Counted from the first letter of the stretch, positions 11,108 through 21,788 are shown. The stretch: DNA of 32,000 bases from Aliivibrio fischeri ES114 (GCF_000011805.1 NC_006840.2), one strand, 5' to 3'. The notes: generated from the letters alone by a model not told the origin. Numbers and translations: made by a program.

Positions 11108-11312
11108 TTTAATGTCAATAGAACTTAATGGTGTGTCTTATCGAGTTGAGGTCACGCATACATTATCTTCATTTTTAGAATACCATGGTATTGATACACA
11201 AGGATGTGCTGTTGCAATCAGTAATCAGATAATACCGAGATCAGAGTGGCAAAAGCGTGGGTTATCACAGGGTGAATCCATTTCTTTATTTCAAGCAATC
11301 GCTGGAGGCTAA
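11100..11312 (+). CDS. thiS: Sulfur carrier protein ThiS
   Basis: 70 aa, C-terminal GG, ubiquitin-like, between thiF and thiG. Start chosen at [11 protein letters not shown] rather than the longer ORF start at 11058. Confidence 0.9.
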   Translation: MSDLMSIELNGVSYRVEVTHTLSSFLEYHGIDTQGCAVAISNQIIPRSEWQKRGLSQGESISLFQAIAGG

Positions 11313-11313
11313 C

Positions 11314-12084
11314 ATGAATGACTTATTAACCATTGGAGATAAGACGTTTAGATCACGTTTATTCACCGGAACAGGAAAGTTTCCAAATGCCAGCGTTATG
11401 CAAAAGGCACTTATAGAGTCTGGTTCTGAATTATCAACAATGGCGTTAAAACGTGTTGAAGTGAATAACCCTGAAGACAATATATTAAAGCCGATTGTGG
11501 ATGCTGGAATTAACTTATTACCCAATACGTCTGGTGCTAAAAATGCTCGTGAGGCAATTTTCGCTGCACAACTGGCTCGTGAAGCATTAGGGACAAATTG
11601 GCTTAAATTGGAAATTCATCCTGATCCCAAATACTTAATGCCTGACCCAATTGAAACATTAACCGCAGCAGAAGAGTTAGTGAAACAAGGGTTTATTGTC
11701 TTGCCATATTGTCATGCAGATCCCGTTTTATGTAAGCGACTAGAAGAGGTTGGCTGTGCTGCTGTCATGCCATTAGGTGCGCCTATTGGTTCAAATAAAG
11801 GCATTGTCAGTCGTGACTTTTTAGAGATTATTATTGACCAAGCTCGAGTACCTGTAGTGGTTGATGCAGGTATTGGTGCGCCATCTCATGCCGCTTTGGC
11901 AATGGAACTGGGGGCTGATGCTGTGCTTGTGAACACTGCGATTGCAGCTGCAAGAAATCCAATCGCAATGGCAACTGCATTTAAATTAGCGGTGCAATCT
12001 GGCCGATTAGCTTATGAAAATGGGTTGGCGTCAGTCAACACTCAAGCCGTTGCTTCTAGTCCATTAACGGCATTTCTTGATTAA
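11314..12084 (+). CDS. thiG: Thiazole synthase ThiG
   Basis: [59 protein letters not shown]. Start at MNDLL, preceded by GGAGG. Confidence 0.96.
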   Translation: MNDLLTIGDKTFRSRLFTGTGKFPNASVMQKALIESGSELSTMALKRVEVNNPEDNILKPIVDAGINLLPNTSGAKNAREAIFAAQLAREALGTNWLKLEIHPDPKYLMPDPIETLTAAEELVKQGFIVLPYCHADPVLCKRLEEVGCAAVMPLGAPIGSNKGIVSRDFLEIIIDQARVPVVVDAGIGAPSHAALAMELGADAVLVNTAIAAARNPIAMATAFKLAVQSGRLAYENGLASVNTQAVASSPLTAFLD

Positions 12085-12094
12085 GGTGAATGAA

Positions 12095-13210
12095 ATGACA
12101 TTTACTGATGAATGGGAAAAGTTACATTGGGATGAGGTTAAACTCTCTATCTATAGTAAAACTCATCATGATGTTGAAAAAGCGCTAAGTAAATCCAAAC
12201 GAGATCTTGAAGATTTTAAAGCCTTAATTTCTCCTGCTGCAGAAAGCTATCTTGAACAAATGGCTCAAGAGTCTGCACGATTAACTCGCCAACGTTTTGG
12301 TCATACGATTGGTTTTTATATTCCTTTGTATCTTTCTAATCTTTGCGCGAATGCATGTACTTATTGTGGTTTCTCAATGGAGAATCGCATTAAGAGAAAG
12401 ACGCTCAACCAAGATGAGGTTGGACAGGAAGTGATGGCGATTAAAGCGATGAATTTTGATAGTGTTCTTTTGGTAACGGGAGAACATGAAACCAAAGTTG
12501 GGATGAATTACTTTCGTCAAACATTACCGCAGATAAAGCGGTCGTTTAATTATCTCGCAATGGAAGTTCAACCTTTAGAACAAGAAGAGTATGCAGAATT
12601 AAAAACCTTAGGTTTGGATGCGGTGATGGTGTATCAAGAAACGTATCATCCATCTACTTATGCGGAGCATCACCTTCGTGGTAATAAAACCGATTTTAAA
12701 TTTAGATTAGAAACGCCTGACCGATTGGCAAAAGCGGGCATTGATAAGATTGGAATTGGGGCGCTTATTGGGCTAGAAGAGTGGCGAACAGATTGCTTTT
12801 TTGTGGCAGCGCATTTGGATTATTTAGAGCGTCGATATTGGCAGACTCGTTACTCAATTTCTTTTCCAAGATTGCGACCATGTGAAGGTGCGCTGCAACC
12901 AAAATCAATAATGAGTGACAAACAACTGGTGCAATTAATTTGTGCTTATCGGTTGTTAAACCCTGAGGTTGAACTGTCATTATCCACTCGAGAGTCTGAA
13001 CATTTTAGAGATAATGTATTGCCATTAGGTATCACATCAATATCAGCGGCATCGAAAACACAACCGGGTGGTTATGCAAATGATGACCAAGAGCTTGAAC
13101 AGTTTTCTATTAGTGATGAACGCTCTGCTGAATCTGTTTCTTTAGCGGTACAAGCGAGGGGGTTTGAACCGGTTTGGAAGGACTGGGAGCGAGGGTTTAG
13201 CTCTATTTAG
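12095..13210 (+). CDS. thiH: 2-iminoacetate synthase ThiH (radical SAM)
   Basis: Radical SAM CANACTYCGF motif. ATG start with AAGG upstream, terminal gene of the thi operon. Confidence 0.94.
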   Translation: MTFTDEWEKLHWDEVKLSIYSKTHHDVEKALSKSKRDLEDFKALISPAAESYLEQMAQESARLTRQRFGHTIGFYIPLYLSNLCANACTYCGFSMENRIKRKTLNQDEVGQEVMAIKAMNFDSVLLVTGEHETKVGMNYFRQTLPQIKRSFNYLAMEVQPLEQEEYAELKTLGLDAVMVYQETYHPSTYAEHHLRGNKTDFKFRLETPDRLAKAGIDKIGIGALIGLEEWRTDCFFVAAHLDYLERRYWQTRYSISFPRLRPCEGALQPKSIMSDKQLVQLICAYRLLNPEVELSLSTRESEHFRDNVLPLGITSISAASKTQPGGYANDDQELEQFSISDERSAESVSLAVQARGFEPVWKDWERGFSSI

Positions 13211-13272
13211 CATATTGTAAGCAAGCGACATCTATTAAATTGGATATAAAAATAACCTGAGAGCAGTAAATT

Positions 13273-13301
13273 AAAGTACTACTTAACTTAAGTAGTACTT
13301 T
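13273..13301. terminator. Bidirectional terminator between convergent thiH and the GH20 gene
   Basis: AAAGTACTACTTAA-C-TTAAGTAGTACTTT: 14-bp perfect inverted repeat at a convergent junction. Confidence 0.8.
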
Positions 13302-13327
13302 ATTTAGTTTGTTGATTTTTAGCTCAG

Positions 13328-15775
13328 TTACTTACGTAACTGACGAACTAACTCTTCTGTTGGGCGAACAATAGCAACAATCATTTCATCGTACATTCCT
13401 GATGCATTTGTAGTAATAGATAATAGTTTATCTAGTTGTGTCGATGTTGGCTGTTGGCCTTTTTCAAGCTCATTAATAACTGCTAACGTTGCTTTTGCTA
13501 CCTCAACATGTTTTTGGGCTAGCAGTACAGTATCTAAAGAAGATACATTATTTTTAAACATGACTTCTGATTTTTGCGCACTCTCTAAGACAGTTTGGTA
13601 ATGTTTTTGTAGTGCTTTTAAATCACTCTGATCATTGATCGCCGTCTTTGCAAGTTTTATCATTTCTAATACTGCAAAACTCTCCACTGGAACTGCGTCT
13701 GCAAAGCGATTTAATCTTTCGTATTGATTGTATAGTTCTCCTTTTGGATCGGTAGAATTATACTTCGCCCAGTTACGAGCATAGTATTGGGCAGGTTCTG
13801 CATAGTTTGCAAAACTCATCAGTGCAGACACATCACCGCCGTTAGCAATACGTAAATACTGCTTATAGCTATTGGTTTGATGTTGTAAGCCAACAGAAAT
13901 CGTTGCCCAGCTGTCCATTGCCTGTAGGCGTTGGTACATGCTGTCTTCATCGGTAAGCTCTTCAGCTGACCATAAACGTTCAGCAACGGCATAAGTTCTA
14001 GGCCAAATTCGACCTTCAACAGTTAGGTCGTCGTAGTTTTCTGCCCAGATAGCAGCTTCACCACCAAGAATAAGTTTTTCTTCATCTTTATTTAAAGCAA
14101 CAGGATAGCCACCATTAGGAGCTGGAATCACTGAGTTCTTGATTGATGAACTTGCGGTCATTTCACCTGTGGTTGGCCAGCGAACATTTCCGACTAGCTG
14201 GTAGCTTTCTTTTTTAATGTTGCCGTTATTGAAGATTAGATTAAATTCGGTGTAAGACATGAAGTTATCAAAATGACCACGGAATGACTCACCTTTGGTG
14301 TATTCCATGATATCGACTTTAGCTCGTGATTTTCCGTTGTAATCAGTAAAGGCACGAGCATCACCATTCTTATCGGTAATGATAGTTAGGGTACCTTTAC
14401 GTGGACCACCTTTGCCTCTTGGCTTCTGCCAAGTGTAGGTTTCGAATGTTTCTCCACTATGCAGTTGGTCATCGACTTGTGGTCCCTTTGGCATAGGGTC
14501 ATTACGATAATGGTAGCTGGTTGGTTGCGGTTGATCTAAATAGAACCCCGTTGAAAGTAATCCGGTATAACCTTCTTTTGCTGCTCGACCAATACTGTCA
14601 TGTCCACGCCAGCTTTGAATGACAATCGATGTTGGCAGATCTTTATGCCAAATCTCATCCCAGCCCATGATCTTCTTACCTTTCTTGTTTAGCATTTTTT
14701 CAATGCGTGCATTTAGGTATGACTGTAAACCACGGTTACCATCAATATTATTTTCTGCGATGAATGCTTGGATTTCTTTATTATCTGTCCATTGTTGGTA
14801 ATTTGGCTCATCACCACCAATGTGAATGTATTCATCTGGGAACAGCTCAGTTACCTCACTGAATACTTTGTCGAAGAAGACATAGAGTTCAGGGTTAATA
14901 GGATTCATTAGAGGAACAAAAACACCCCAAGCGCGTTGTTGATCGTAAGATTGTTCACCTTCTCCAGACATTAATTCAGGGTAAGCATGAGCAACAGCTG
15001 AAGCGTGACCAGGTAATGAGATCTCAGGAATTACTCGAATACCGCGTAGGCGGGCGTATTCAACAACGTCTTTGATTTCTTCTTTTGTATAGAAATCACC
15101 ATCGGCAGTTTTCTCCCACAGCTTAGGGTAACTTTCGATTTGAATTCGGATTGCTTGGTCATCCCATAGGTGCCAATGAAAAACATTCATTTTTGCGGAA
15201 GCAAAACCATCAATCTGACGTTTTATTGTATCAACGGTGACAAAGTGACGAGAGGAGTCAAATGAAGCTCCACGCCATGGGAAACGAGGTTCATCTTCAA
15301 TATTTACTTGAGGAACAAAGTAACCCGCTTTGGATGTGTTGATTAATTGAAGAAAAGTCTCTGCACCACGGAGTGCTCCGTATGGACGATCAGATTCTAA
15401 AATGATTTGTTTTTTATTGATGGTTAATTCGTAAGACTCGTCAATGTCGTTATCTTGAATTTTATTTTTGGCCGCCTTACTCACATCGATAATTAGTGTT
15501 GCTTCCTTTTTAGATGAAGCAAAAGGAGTAAGTAGTGGTAATCCAGTTTGAGCTTCTACACGTTGAATAATACGTAAGGCAAGTTGCTGAATGCGCTCTG
15601 ATTTATAACCATCGATATAAATACTGAAATCACTAGTAATTTCTAATTGGCCTGAATTTAACTCTACTGATTGAGGGTATGGCATCAAGTTTAACTTTGT
15701 ATTGGGAGCTGAAGCGAGGGATGATGCACTAAAAAGAAAGCTTGAAATCGAAAGAGTTAAAAGTGTTTTTTTCAT
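13328..15775 (-). CDS. Beta-N-acetylhexosaminidase (GH20), secreted
   Basis: 815 aa with signal peptide. GH20 motifs MNVFHWHLWDDQ, PGHA, IHIGGDEPNYQQW and a C-terminal W-rich region. Confidence 0.92.
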   Translation of the reverse strand: MKKTLLTLSISSFLFSASSLASAPNTKLNLMPYPQSVELNSGQLEITSDFSIYIDGYKSERIQQLALRIIQRVEAQTGLPLLTPFASSKKEATLIIDVSKAAKNKIQDNDIDESYELTINKKQIILESDRPYGALRGAETFLQLINTSKAGYFVPQVNIEDEPRFPWRGASFDSSRHFVTVDTIKRQIDGFASAKMNVFHWHLWDDQAIRIQIESYPKLWEKTADGDFYTKEEIKDVVEYARLRGIRVIPEISLPGHASAVAHAYPELMSGEGEQSYDQQRAWGVFVPLMNPINPELYVFFDKVFSEVTELFPDEYIHIGGDEPNYQQWTDNKEIQAFIAENNIDGNRGLQSYLNARIEKMLNKKGKKIMGWDEIWHKDLPTSIVIQSWRGHDSIGRAAKEGYTGLLSTGFYLDQPQPTSYHYRNDPMPKGPQVDDQLHSGETFETYTWQKPRGKGGPRKGTLTIITDKNGDARAFTDYNGKSRAKVDIMEYTKGESFRGHFDNFMSYTEFNLIFNNGNIKKESYQLVGNVRWPTTGEMTASSSIKNSVIPAPNGGYPVALNKDEEKLILGGEAAIWAENYDDLTVEGRIWPRTYAVAERLWSAEELTDEDSMYQRLQAMDSWATISVGLQHQTNSYKQYLRIANGGDVSALMSFANYAEPAQYYARNWAKYNSTDPKGELYNQYERLNRFADAVPVESFAVLEMIKLAKTAINDQSDLKALQKHYQTVLESAQKSEVMFKNNVSSLDTVLLAQKHVEVAKATLAVINELEKGQQPTSTQLDKLLSITTNASGMYDEMIVAIVRPTEELVRQLRK

Positions 15776-15955
15776 TATGTGTAGTCCTATATTCCTTTAA
15801 ATTCCAAGGAAGGATTACGTATAAAGAGAACTTTGTATGTGACCAAATTATGGTTTGTATTAATAACATTGAGTGATTTATTGTTAGTTAGATATTGTGG
15901 CGCAAAATGTTTGTATCTGTGAAATAAATTACATAATAAATTTGAACTGTAACCA

Positions 15956-15971
15956 TGTTTCACGTGGAACA
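15956..15971. promoter_or_regulatory. parS-like ParB binding site (TGTTTCACGTGGAACA)
   Basis: Fits the consensus; intergenic between the GH20 and M24 genes. Confidence 0.92.
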
Positions 15972-15984
15972 TATATTTTTTACT

Positions 15985-16016
15985 AAAAAAATGCCACGTA
16001 AATACGTGGCATTTTA
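15985..16016 (-). terminator. Rho-independent terminator of the M24 peptidase gene
   Basis: ATGCCACGTA-AAT-ACGTGGCAT hairpin flanked by A and T runs. Confidence 0.75.
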
Positions 16017-16034
16017 TTGTTGTATTTTAATGAA

Positions 16035-17828
16035 TTAGCTTTCGTAGCTTAATTCAGCGGTCGCTTGTTTAAGCCATTCTTTTACTTCGCCATCAACAAG
16101 AGGGCTAACTTCATTCCAGACTTTCTGATGATAGTTATTCAACCACGCTAACTCTGGGCGATTTAGCATATCAACATTGATCAGACGTTTGTCGATAGGA
16201 CAACGTGTTAAAGACTCAAATCCAAGAACCGAGAAGTCACCTTGAGTTTCAATTTCAACGACTAGCTCTAAGTTCTCAATACGGATACCAAACTCGTCTG
16301 CACGATAATAACCAGGCTCATTAGAAAGCACCATTCCAGGAAGAAGAGCTGTATTATTTACTACTTTAGCAATACGTTGAGGACCTTCATGGACACTTAA
16401 GAAGTGACCAACACCGTGGCCAGTACCATGATCATAATCATAACCTTGCGCCCATAAATGTTGGCGAGCAAGAATGTCTAATTGATGCCCACATGTACCT
16501 TTAGGGAAGCGAGCATTTGCTAACCCGATATGGCCTTTAAGAACCAAAGTAAATTGCTGTTTAATGTCATCACTTGGTGTACCAACCGCTAATGTTCGAG
16601 TGATGTCTGTTGTACCATCTGGATACTGACCGCCTGAATCAACTAGGTATAAACTGTTCATTTGTAGCTTACCTGGTTCAGGTTGGTTTTGATGATTGTA
16701 GTGACACATTGCCGCATTACCAGCAGCTGCAGAAATAGTATCGAAACTTAAATCAGCCAGAGAGGCATCTTCTTCACGGAACGCTTGAAGTTTGTCAGCT
16801 AACACAGCTTCGTCATGTAGGTTGCCAGCTTCAATTTCTGCGTCAAACCAAGTTAGGAATTTAGCCATAGCTGCGCCATCACGAACATGACAAGCACGCA
16901 TGCCTGCTTTTTCCGTTTCGTTTTTAGCGGCTTTTGGTAGTAAACATGGATCAGATGCTTCAATGATTTGTGCGTTCGCATTACTTAAGACTAATGACAT
17001 CCATGCGTTTGATGTTGCTGAATCAACCAGAACTTTTTTACCTGCAAGTGATTCTAATGTTTCTTGCAGGGCATCTGGTTGGTGAACTCGAACACCCTGG
17101 CCAACATGAGCATTAAACTCTGCAGGAAGACGTGAAGGTTCTAGGAAAAAATCAACACTTTCATCTGCATGAATAATGGCATGAGAAAGAAGCACTGGTA
17201 GGCGAGAGACATCCAAACCACGGATATTCAATAACCAACAGATGGAGTCTAGTTGTGTTAATAGCGCTGCGTCAGCTTTTTTCTTTGAGACTTCTTTTGC
17301 AATTTCTTTACGCTTGTCTTCAGAACTTTTTCCGACAAATTCTAATGACATTAAACGCACATCAGACACTTTAACTTCTGGACGGTCTAACCATAATTCA
17401 TCAATAGGGTTAGTGGCGATAGCTTCAAGAGTTACAACGCCTTCAACATTTTTTGATGCTGTTTTTAGCCATTGAGCTGTGTGCATGCGTGGGTCTATTG
17501 CCACTTTTGAACCCGAAGTCAGACTGTCTTTAATCCATTCAAGCAGTGGTTCTTCATGTAGGTGACGATATTCAAATACATCTGCAGGCACTTGTTTACG
17601 AACTTGAACGGTATAACGACCATCAACAAAAATAGCCGCTTTTTCTTTAGTAATAACAGCGGCGCCGGCAGAACCAGTAAAACCAGTAACCCAATGCAAA
17701 CGTTCGTTATGCTCTGGAATATATTCACCTAGAAATTCATCTTCATGAGGAATAATTAAGGCATCGAAATCTTGTTGAGCAAGCCATGTTCGTAGTTGTT
17801 CAACACGCTGAGAAGTTTGTGGGTGCAT
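16035..17828 (-). CDS. Xaa-Pro aminopeptidase (M24B family)
   Basis: 597 aa. Metal-binding/catalytic motifs LYLVDSGGQYPDGTTDITRT, DYDHGTGHGVGHFLSVHEGP, VLSNEPGYY. Confidence 0.92.
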   Translation of the reverse strand: MHPQTSQRVEQLRTWLAQQDFDALIIPHEDEFLGEYIPEHNERLHWVTGFTGSAGAAVITKEKAAIFVDGRYTVQVRKQVPADVFEYRHLHEEPLLEWIKDSLTSGSKVAIDPRMHTAQWLKTASKNVEGVVTLEAIATNPIDELWLDRPEVKVSDVRLMSLEFVGKSSEDKRKEIAKEVSKKKADAALLTQLDSICWLLNIRGLDVSRLPVLLSHAIIHADESVDFFLEPSRLPAEFNAHVGQGVRVHQPDALQETLESLAGKKVLVDSATSNAWMSLVLSNANAQIIEASDPCLLPKAAKNETEKAGMRACHVRDGAAMAKFLTWFDAEIEAGNLHDEAVLADKLQAFREEDASLADLSFDTISAAAGNAAMCHYNHQNQPEPGKLQMNSLYLVDSGGQYPDGTTDITRTLAVGTPSDDIKQQFTLVLKGHIGLANARFPKGTCGHQLDILARQHLWAQGYDYDHGTGHGVGHFLSVHEGPQRIAKVVNNTALLPGMVLSNEPGYYRADEFGIRIENLELVVEIETQGDFSVLGFESLTRCPIDKRLINVDMLNRPELAWLNNYHQKVWNEVSPLVDGEVKEWLKQATAELSYES

Positions 17829-17932
17829 CTGAGTGTCCTTTTATACCTGTGATTAATTGGTATGACTCTGTCCGTGTGTACGAGGCAGAAAGAAATTAGT
17901 TATGTTTTTTGTAGAGTTATAACCTAGCGCTT

Positions 17933-18898
17933 TTAGTGTTCATCTGCAATTGTTGATATTGATAAATCTTTACAGTGATTAATTATGGTATTTCGAAGCC
18001 AACAATTTGCCGCATCATTCTCTTTTTGTTGATGCCAAAATAGGGTGTATGCCATTTGAGGTAAGTCTGTAGGCAAGGGTAATACAACTAAGTTAAGTTG
18101 TTCGGCTATTAATTTTATAAAGTGGCTTGGTGCTGTGAAAACTAAATCGGTATGAGTACATAAGCTCGCAGCACTATTAAAATCAGGTACAATAATACCG
18201 ATACTACGTTCGAGTCCTCTGTCTGCTAATTTGTAATCAAGCAACCATTGGTCTTTACCATCACAGCGAACTTGTACATGACGTTGTTGAAGGTAAGTGT
18301 CTAACGTCCATTCTTGTTTTAATACAGGATGATTACGGCGAACCAAACACATTTGACTATCTCGATAAATTTCTTTGCTGCAAATATCTTCAGGCGTATG
18401 CATAGTGATATTGGCGTATTTTGGGTCGAGGTCTTTACCTGTAATACCTATATCCATTTCACCGGATTGAAGTTTCTTTAATGTGTTGGTATCCCATGCA
18501 TGAGTATCTAACATGACATTGGGGGCTTTATTTAAAATATATGACATGAAGTGTGGAAGCAGTAATGGATAAGTACTTTCAACCAAACCTAAGCGAAATC
18601 GATAATGACTGCTTTTAGGATCAAAATTTGATGCTTCAGTGATGCTTTCTAAGTGGCTTAATAACGTATGTAGTTGTTCTTGAAGGTTTCGTGCTTTCGC
18701 CGTGGGCTGCAAACCATAAGATGTGCGAGAGAAAAGCGGATCGTTAAATTGTTCGCGTAATTTCGCTAAGTTTTTACTTACGGCAGATTGGCTTAAGCAC
18801 AAACGTTGAGCAGCACGGGTGACACTTTTTTCTTCTAATAATAAATGAAGCGTAAGAAGAAGATTAAGATCAATCTTTGCCAGTTTTTCGAAAAACAT
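17933..18898 (-). CDS. LysR-family transcriptional regulator
   Basis: N-terminal HTH (LTLHLLLEEKSVTRAAQRLCLSQSAVSKNLAKLREQFNDPLFSR). Divergent from an MFS gene. Confidence 0.93.
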   Translation of the reverse strand: MFFEKLAKIDLNLLLTLHLLLEEKSVTRAAQRLCLSQSAVSKNLAKLREQFNDPLFSRTSYGLQPTAKARNLQEQLHTLLSHLESITEASNFDPKSSHYRFRLGLVESTYPLLLPHFMSYILNKAPNVMLDTHAWDTNTLKKLQSGEMDIGITGKDLDPKYANITMHTPEDICSKEIYRDSQMCLVRRNHPVLKQEWTLDTYLQQRHVQVRCDGKDQWLLDYKLADRGLERSIGIIVPDFNSAASLCTHTDLVFTAPSHFIKLIAEQLNLVVLPLPTDLPQMAYTLFWHQQKENDAANCWLRNTIINHCKDLSISTIADEH

Positions 18899-18995
18899 AG
18901 AGATATTCCAAATAAGAATGTTAGATCTGAATATAAACCATTTCTGTTCATATCTCTAATTGAGTACACTCCTCGAATCATTTTAGGAGTTATCA

Positions 18996-20225
18996 ATGCA
19001 CACGCCAGTTACACCTCAATCAGCAACATCAATGTCATCAGTATCGGACAAAAAAATCATCACATTAATGGTGGTATTAGTATTGTTCAGTCCATTAGCT
19101 ATTGATATTTATCTTCCTGCTTTGCCAGCGATGGCGGCAGAGTTTCATGTACCATCAACAATGGCTCAAGATACGATTACTTGGTTTATGTTTAGTATGG
19201 GGCTAGGTCAGTTATTTGCGGGGCCATTGGCTGATCGCTATGGCCGTAGACCAATCGCACTAACGGGTATTGTTATTTATGGTTTAAGTGCAGTATTAGC
19301 TTATTTTGCACAAGCGATGGAAATGCTATTACTGGCTCGGTTATTACAAGGTTTTGGTGCTTGTGCTACCTCGGTTGCGGCTTTTGCTTCTGTGCGAGAT
19401 TCATTTGGTGCAGAGAAAGGAGGACGCATGATCAGCTATTTAAATGGAGCGATCTGTTTTATTCCCGCTTTAGCTCCGATTTTAGGTAGCTACTTAACTC
19501 ATCATTTCGGCTGGCGTTCAAATTTTAGTTTTATGGCTGGTTTTGCTTTAGTTGGTTTTGCTTTAATTCTTACTAACTACAAAGAAACAAAACCGGAAAA
19601 TACAGTTCAAACAGGGAAACTTATTAGTCCATCTCGCTATTGGTCTGTATTAAAGAATCCAACCTTTTTGTTCCATGCTTCTTTATGCATGTTATCAATG
19701 GGGGTTATTTTAGCTTATGTTACTTCAGCACCTGTTTTCTTGATGGATCAATTAGGGCTGACTATGAATGAGTTTACCTATTGGTTTGCGATTAATGCAG
19801 CGATCAATATTGCAGTTTGCTTTATTGCTCCTAAGTTCATGATCAAGTTTGGAACAAAACGAGTTTTATTATCTGGCTTAACGATACTAGCGATATCTGG
19901 TGGTTTAATGTTAGGTATGCAACATATTCAGCAAGCTTGGGCGTTTATGGTCCCAATATTTTTGGCTTCTGTAGGCTATGCATCAGTGCTTGGCTCTGCA
20001 GCAGGTAAAGCACTGGCACCATTTGGTGATAGAGCGGGAACAGCTGCCGCATTGTTAGGGTTATTTCAAATGAGTGGTGCAGGTATCATTGTTGGCACAA
20101 TGCAAAGATTAGCACTCCCATCTGCACAACTCTTAACCCTAATGATGTGGTTTCTTATCCCAGGTTTGCTGATTTTATTAACTAAAACAGGCCAACGTTG
20201 GCATTCTGAAACCGTTACGCAGTAA
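18996..20225 (+). CDS. Bcr/CflA-family MFS efflux transporter
   Basis: 409 aa. PLAIDIYLPALPAMA, GPLADRYGRRP, RLLQGFGACATSVAAFASVRD motifs. Confidence 0.9.
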   Translation: MHTPVTPQSATSMSSVSDKKIITLMVVLVLFSPLAIDIYLPALPAMAAEFHVPSTMAQDTITWFMFSMGLGQLFAGPLADRYGRRPIALTGIVIYGLSAVLAYFAQAMEMLLLARLLQGFGACATSVAAFASVRDSFGAEKGGRMISYLNGAICFIPALAPILGSYLTHHFGWRSNFSFMAGFALVGFALILTNYKETKPENTVQTGKLISPSRYWSVLKNPTFLFHASLCMLSMGVILAYVTSAPVFLMDQLGLTMNEFTYWFAINAAINIAVCFIAPKFMIKFGTKRVLLSGLTILAISGGLMLGMQHIQQAWAFMVPIFLASVGYASVLGSAAGKALAPFGDRAGTAAALLGLFQMSGAGIIVGTMQRLALPSAQLLTLMMWFLIPGLLILLTKTGQRWHSETVTQ

Positions 20226-20346
20226 TTCGCATAATTTGAACAGAAAAAGAGCAATTTTACTTTTTAATATATTCAGTTAATTATGGTTTCAGTGTATATT
20301 CAGCACTTAATTACTGTTGATTGAAAATTAAAAGGCAAAACACGCA

Positions 20347-20637
20347 ATGTCGATGTCCGTTATTGAAATGGCTCGTGTCCTAGAGCAAATGGAAGAGTCA
20401 CCAGAAAAACTCATGTTTGGTAAACTACTTTCTGAACTAGGTAATCAAAGCCAAGAGCGCGTAAGAAGCGCTGCGCGACAAGTGTCTGTTCCAACATTGC
20501 GTGATCTGATTTACCAATTCCAAGTGGTAATTGAAGAGCGTAAAGGTGAAACGACAAAAAAACTGGCTGAAGAAATGGCAAAAGAAGGGGTTTCGTTAGA
20601 AGACTTCCAAGCTTATTTAGCGAGTAAGAATAAATAA
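20347..20637 (+). CDS. Conserved-looking hypothetical protein (96 aa)
   Basis: Well-formed ORF, charged helical protein, followed by a strong terminator. Family not recognised. Confidence 0.75.
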   Translation: MSMSVIEMARVLEQMEESPEKLMFGKLLSELGNQSQERVRSAARQVSVPTLRDLIYQFQVVIEERKGETTKKLAEEMAKEGVSLEDFQAYLASKNK

Positions 20638-20675
20638 TAACCTTAATTCAAATTTTGGTTAGGTAATTAAAATAG

Positions 20676-20702
20676 AAAAGCAGCGTATATACGCTGCTTT
20701 TT
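20676..20702. terminator. Bidirectional terminator between convergent genes
   Basis: AAAAGCAGCGTATATACGCTGCTTTT perfect palindrome with flanking T run. Confidence 0.85.
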
Positions 20703-20758
20703 GTTTTTAGGTCAGTCTAGATAATTCAGTAAATCTCTATTTATTACTCACATTGCAA

Positions 20759-21688
20759 TTATTGCTCTGTTTGAAGTTCTTCCTTTTTACCAAAGAACTG
20801 TTGGATCAGTAGACCACACACAATCATAATTAATCCGATTAATGTTGATGGGTGTATTTCTTCTCCGATGATATTGGCTAATAACAGTAAAGAGATAAAT
20901 GGAGAGGCAAAAATTAGGTTACTGATTCGTGCAGTATTTTGTGTTAATCGTAATGCTGACAACCATAAAACAAAGGTAACGCCCATCTCAAATAACCCTA
21001 CGTAAGAAACCGCAGCCCAACCACTCATTGGTATTTGAGCCCATGGTGCTCCTTCATAAATACTTAAACCTATCGCAACAGGTAGAGCAACTAAGAAACC
21101 AAGTAAAAGCCCAAGAATAGGATCTGCTTTATTTTTCGTATTAAGAATCCAGTAACCCGCCCACAATAATGTTGAGAATAAGGCTAAGCCTACACCTAGA
21201 GGGCTATCAAATTCTAATGCAAGCACATCACCTTTAGTCGCAATAACGATTACACCTAGATAGCCTAAAACACACGCAATCCAATCTTGTTTTCGTATTT
21301 TTTGTCCAAGAAAAACCGCAGCCATTAAGGTTAAGGTAATTGCCCAACTGTAATTAAGAGGCTGAGCTTGAGATGCCGGTAATAGATCATAAGATTTGAA
21401 TAGAACCAAGTAGTAAGCTAGTGGATTAATTGCACCTAATAAAATGTAATACAAAGGGTTAGCTAAAAAGGTATCAATCAGTTGCGATAGTGTTTTTTGA
21501 TAAGCAGCAACACCAGCTAGAGCCAGAATAGAAACAGCGCTTGCAATGGTTAGCATTTGGGTTGGCGTAAAATGCTCAAGAGTGATTTTAAAAGCAGTGG
21601 CAACGGTTGACCACAACAGAACCGCAGCGACACCAAATCCTAAAGCACGACGTTCGTTCATTGTTATTGTTCTCAGTAAAAAATCCAT
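20759..21688 (-). CDS. EamA/DMT-family transporter
   Basis: 309 aa with 10 predicted TM segments and duplicated EamA-like halves. True start may be MNERRAL at about 21661. Confidence 0.85.
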   Translation of the reverse strand: MDFLLRTITMNERRALGFGVAAVLLWSTVATAFKITLEHFTPTQMLTIASAVSILALAGVAAYQKTLSQLIDTFLANPLYYILLGAINPLAYYLVLFKSYDLLPASQAQPLNYSWAITLTLMAAVFLGQKIRKQDWIACVLGYLGVIVIATKGDVLALEFDSPLGVGLALFSTLLWAGYWILNTKNKADPILGLLLGFLVALPVAIGLSIYEGAPWAQIPMSGWAAVSYVGLFEMGVTFVLWLSALRLTQNTARISNLIFASPFISLLLLANIIGEEIHPSTLIGLIMIVCGLLIQQFFGKKEELQTEQ

Positions 21689-21788
21689 TTGGATCTGGAG
21701 TGTACCTGTGCTTGAAAAATAGTGTTAACTGGACATTTATCCAGTATCAAAATATCCTATGGTAATTCGTGTTTACATTGAGTGAGTT

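Noticed and set aside
13819-14019. Antisense ORFs within large genes (e.g. 590..772, 6002..6187, 8647..8856, 14619..14801, 16900..17475, 22093..23145, 30809..31015)
   Set aside because: Short and fully antisense to well-supported core genes, with no independent signal.
15787-15972. 61-aa minus-strand ORF starting MFHVKHGY
   Set aside because: Its start lies in the parS site, its composition is AT-rich intergenic, and no homology is recognised.
15991-16013. CCACGTAAATACGTGG considered as a fifth parS site
   Set aside because: The centre is not CACGTG and the arms do not match parS. It is the stem of a rho-independent terminator.
17933-20225. LysR + MFS pair as a novel system
   Set aside because: A common divergent regulator-transporter arrangement with nothing structurally unusual.
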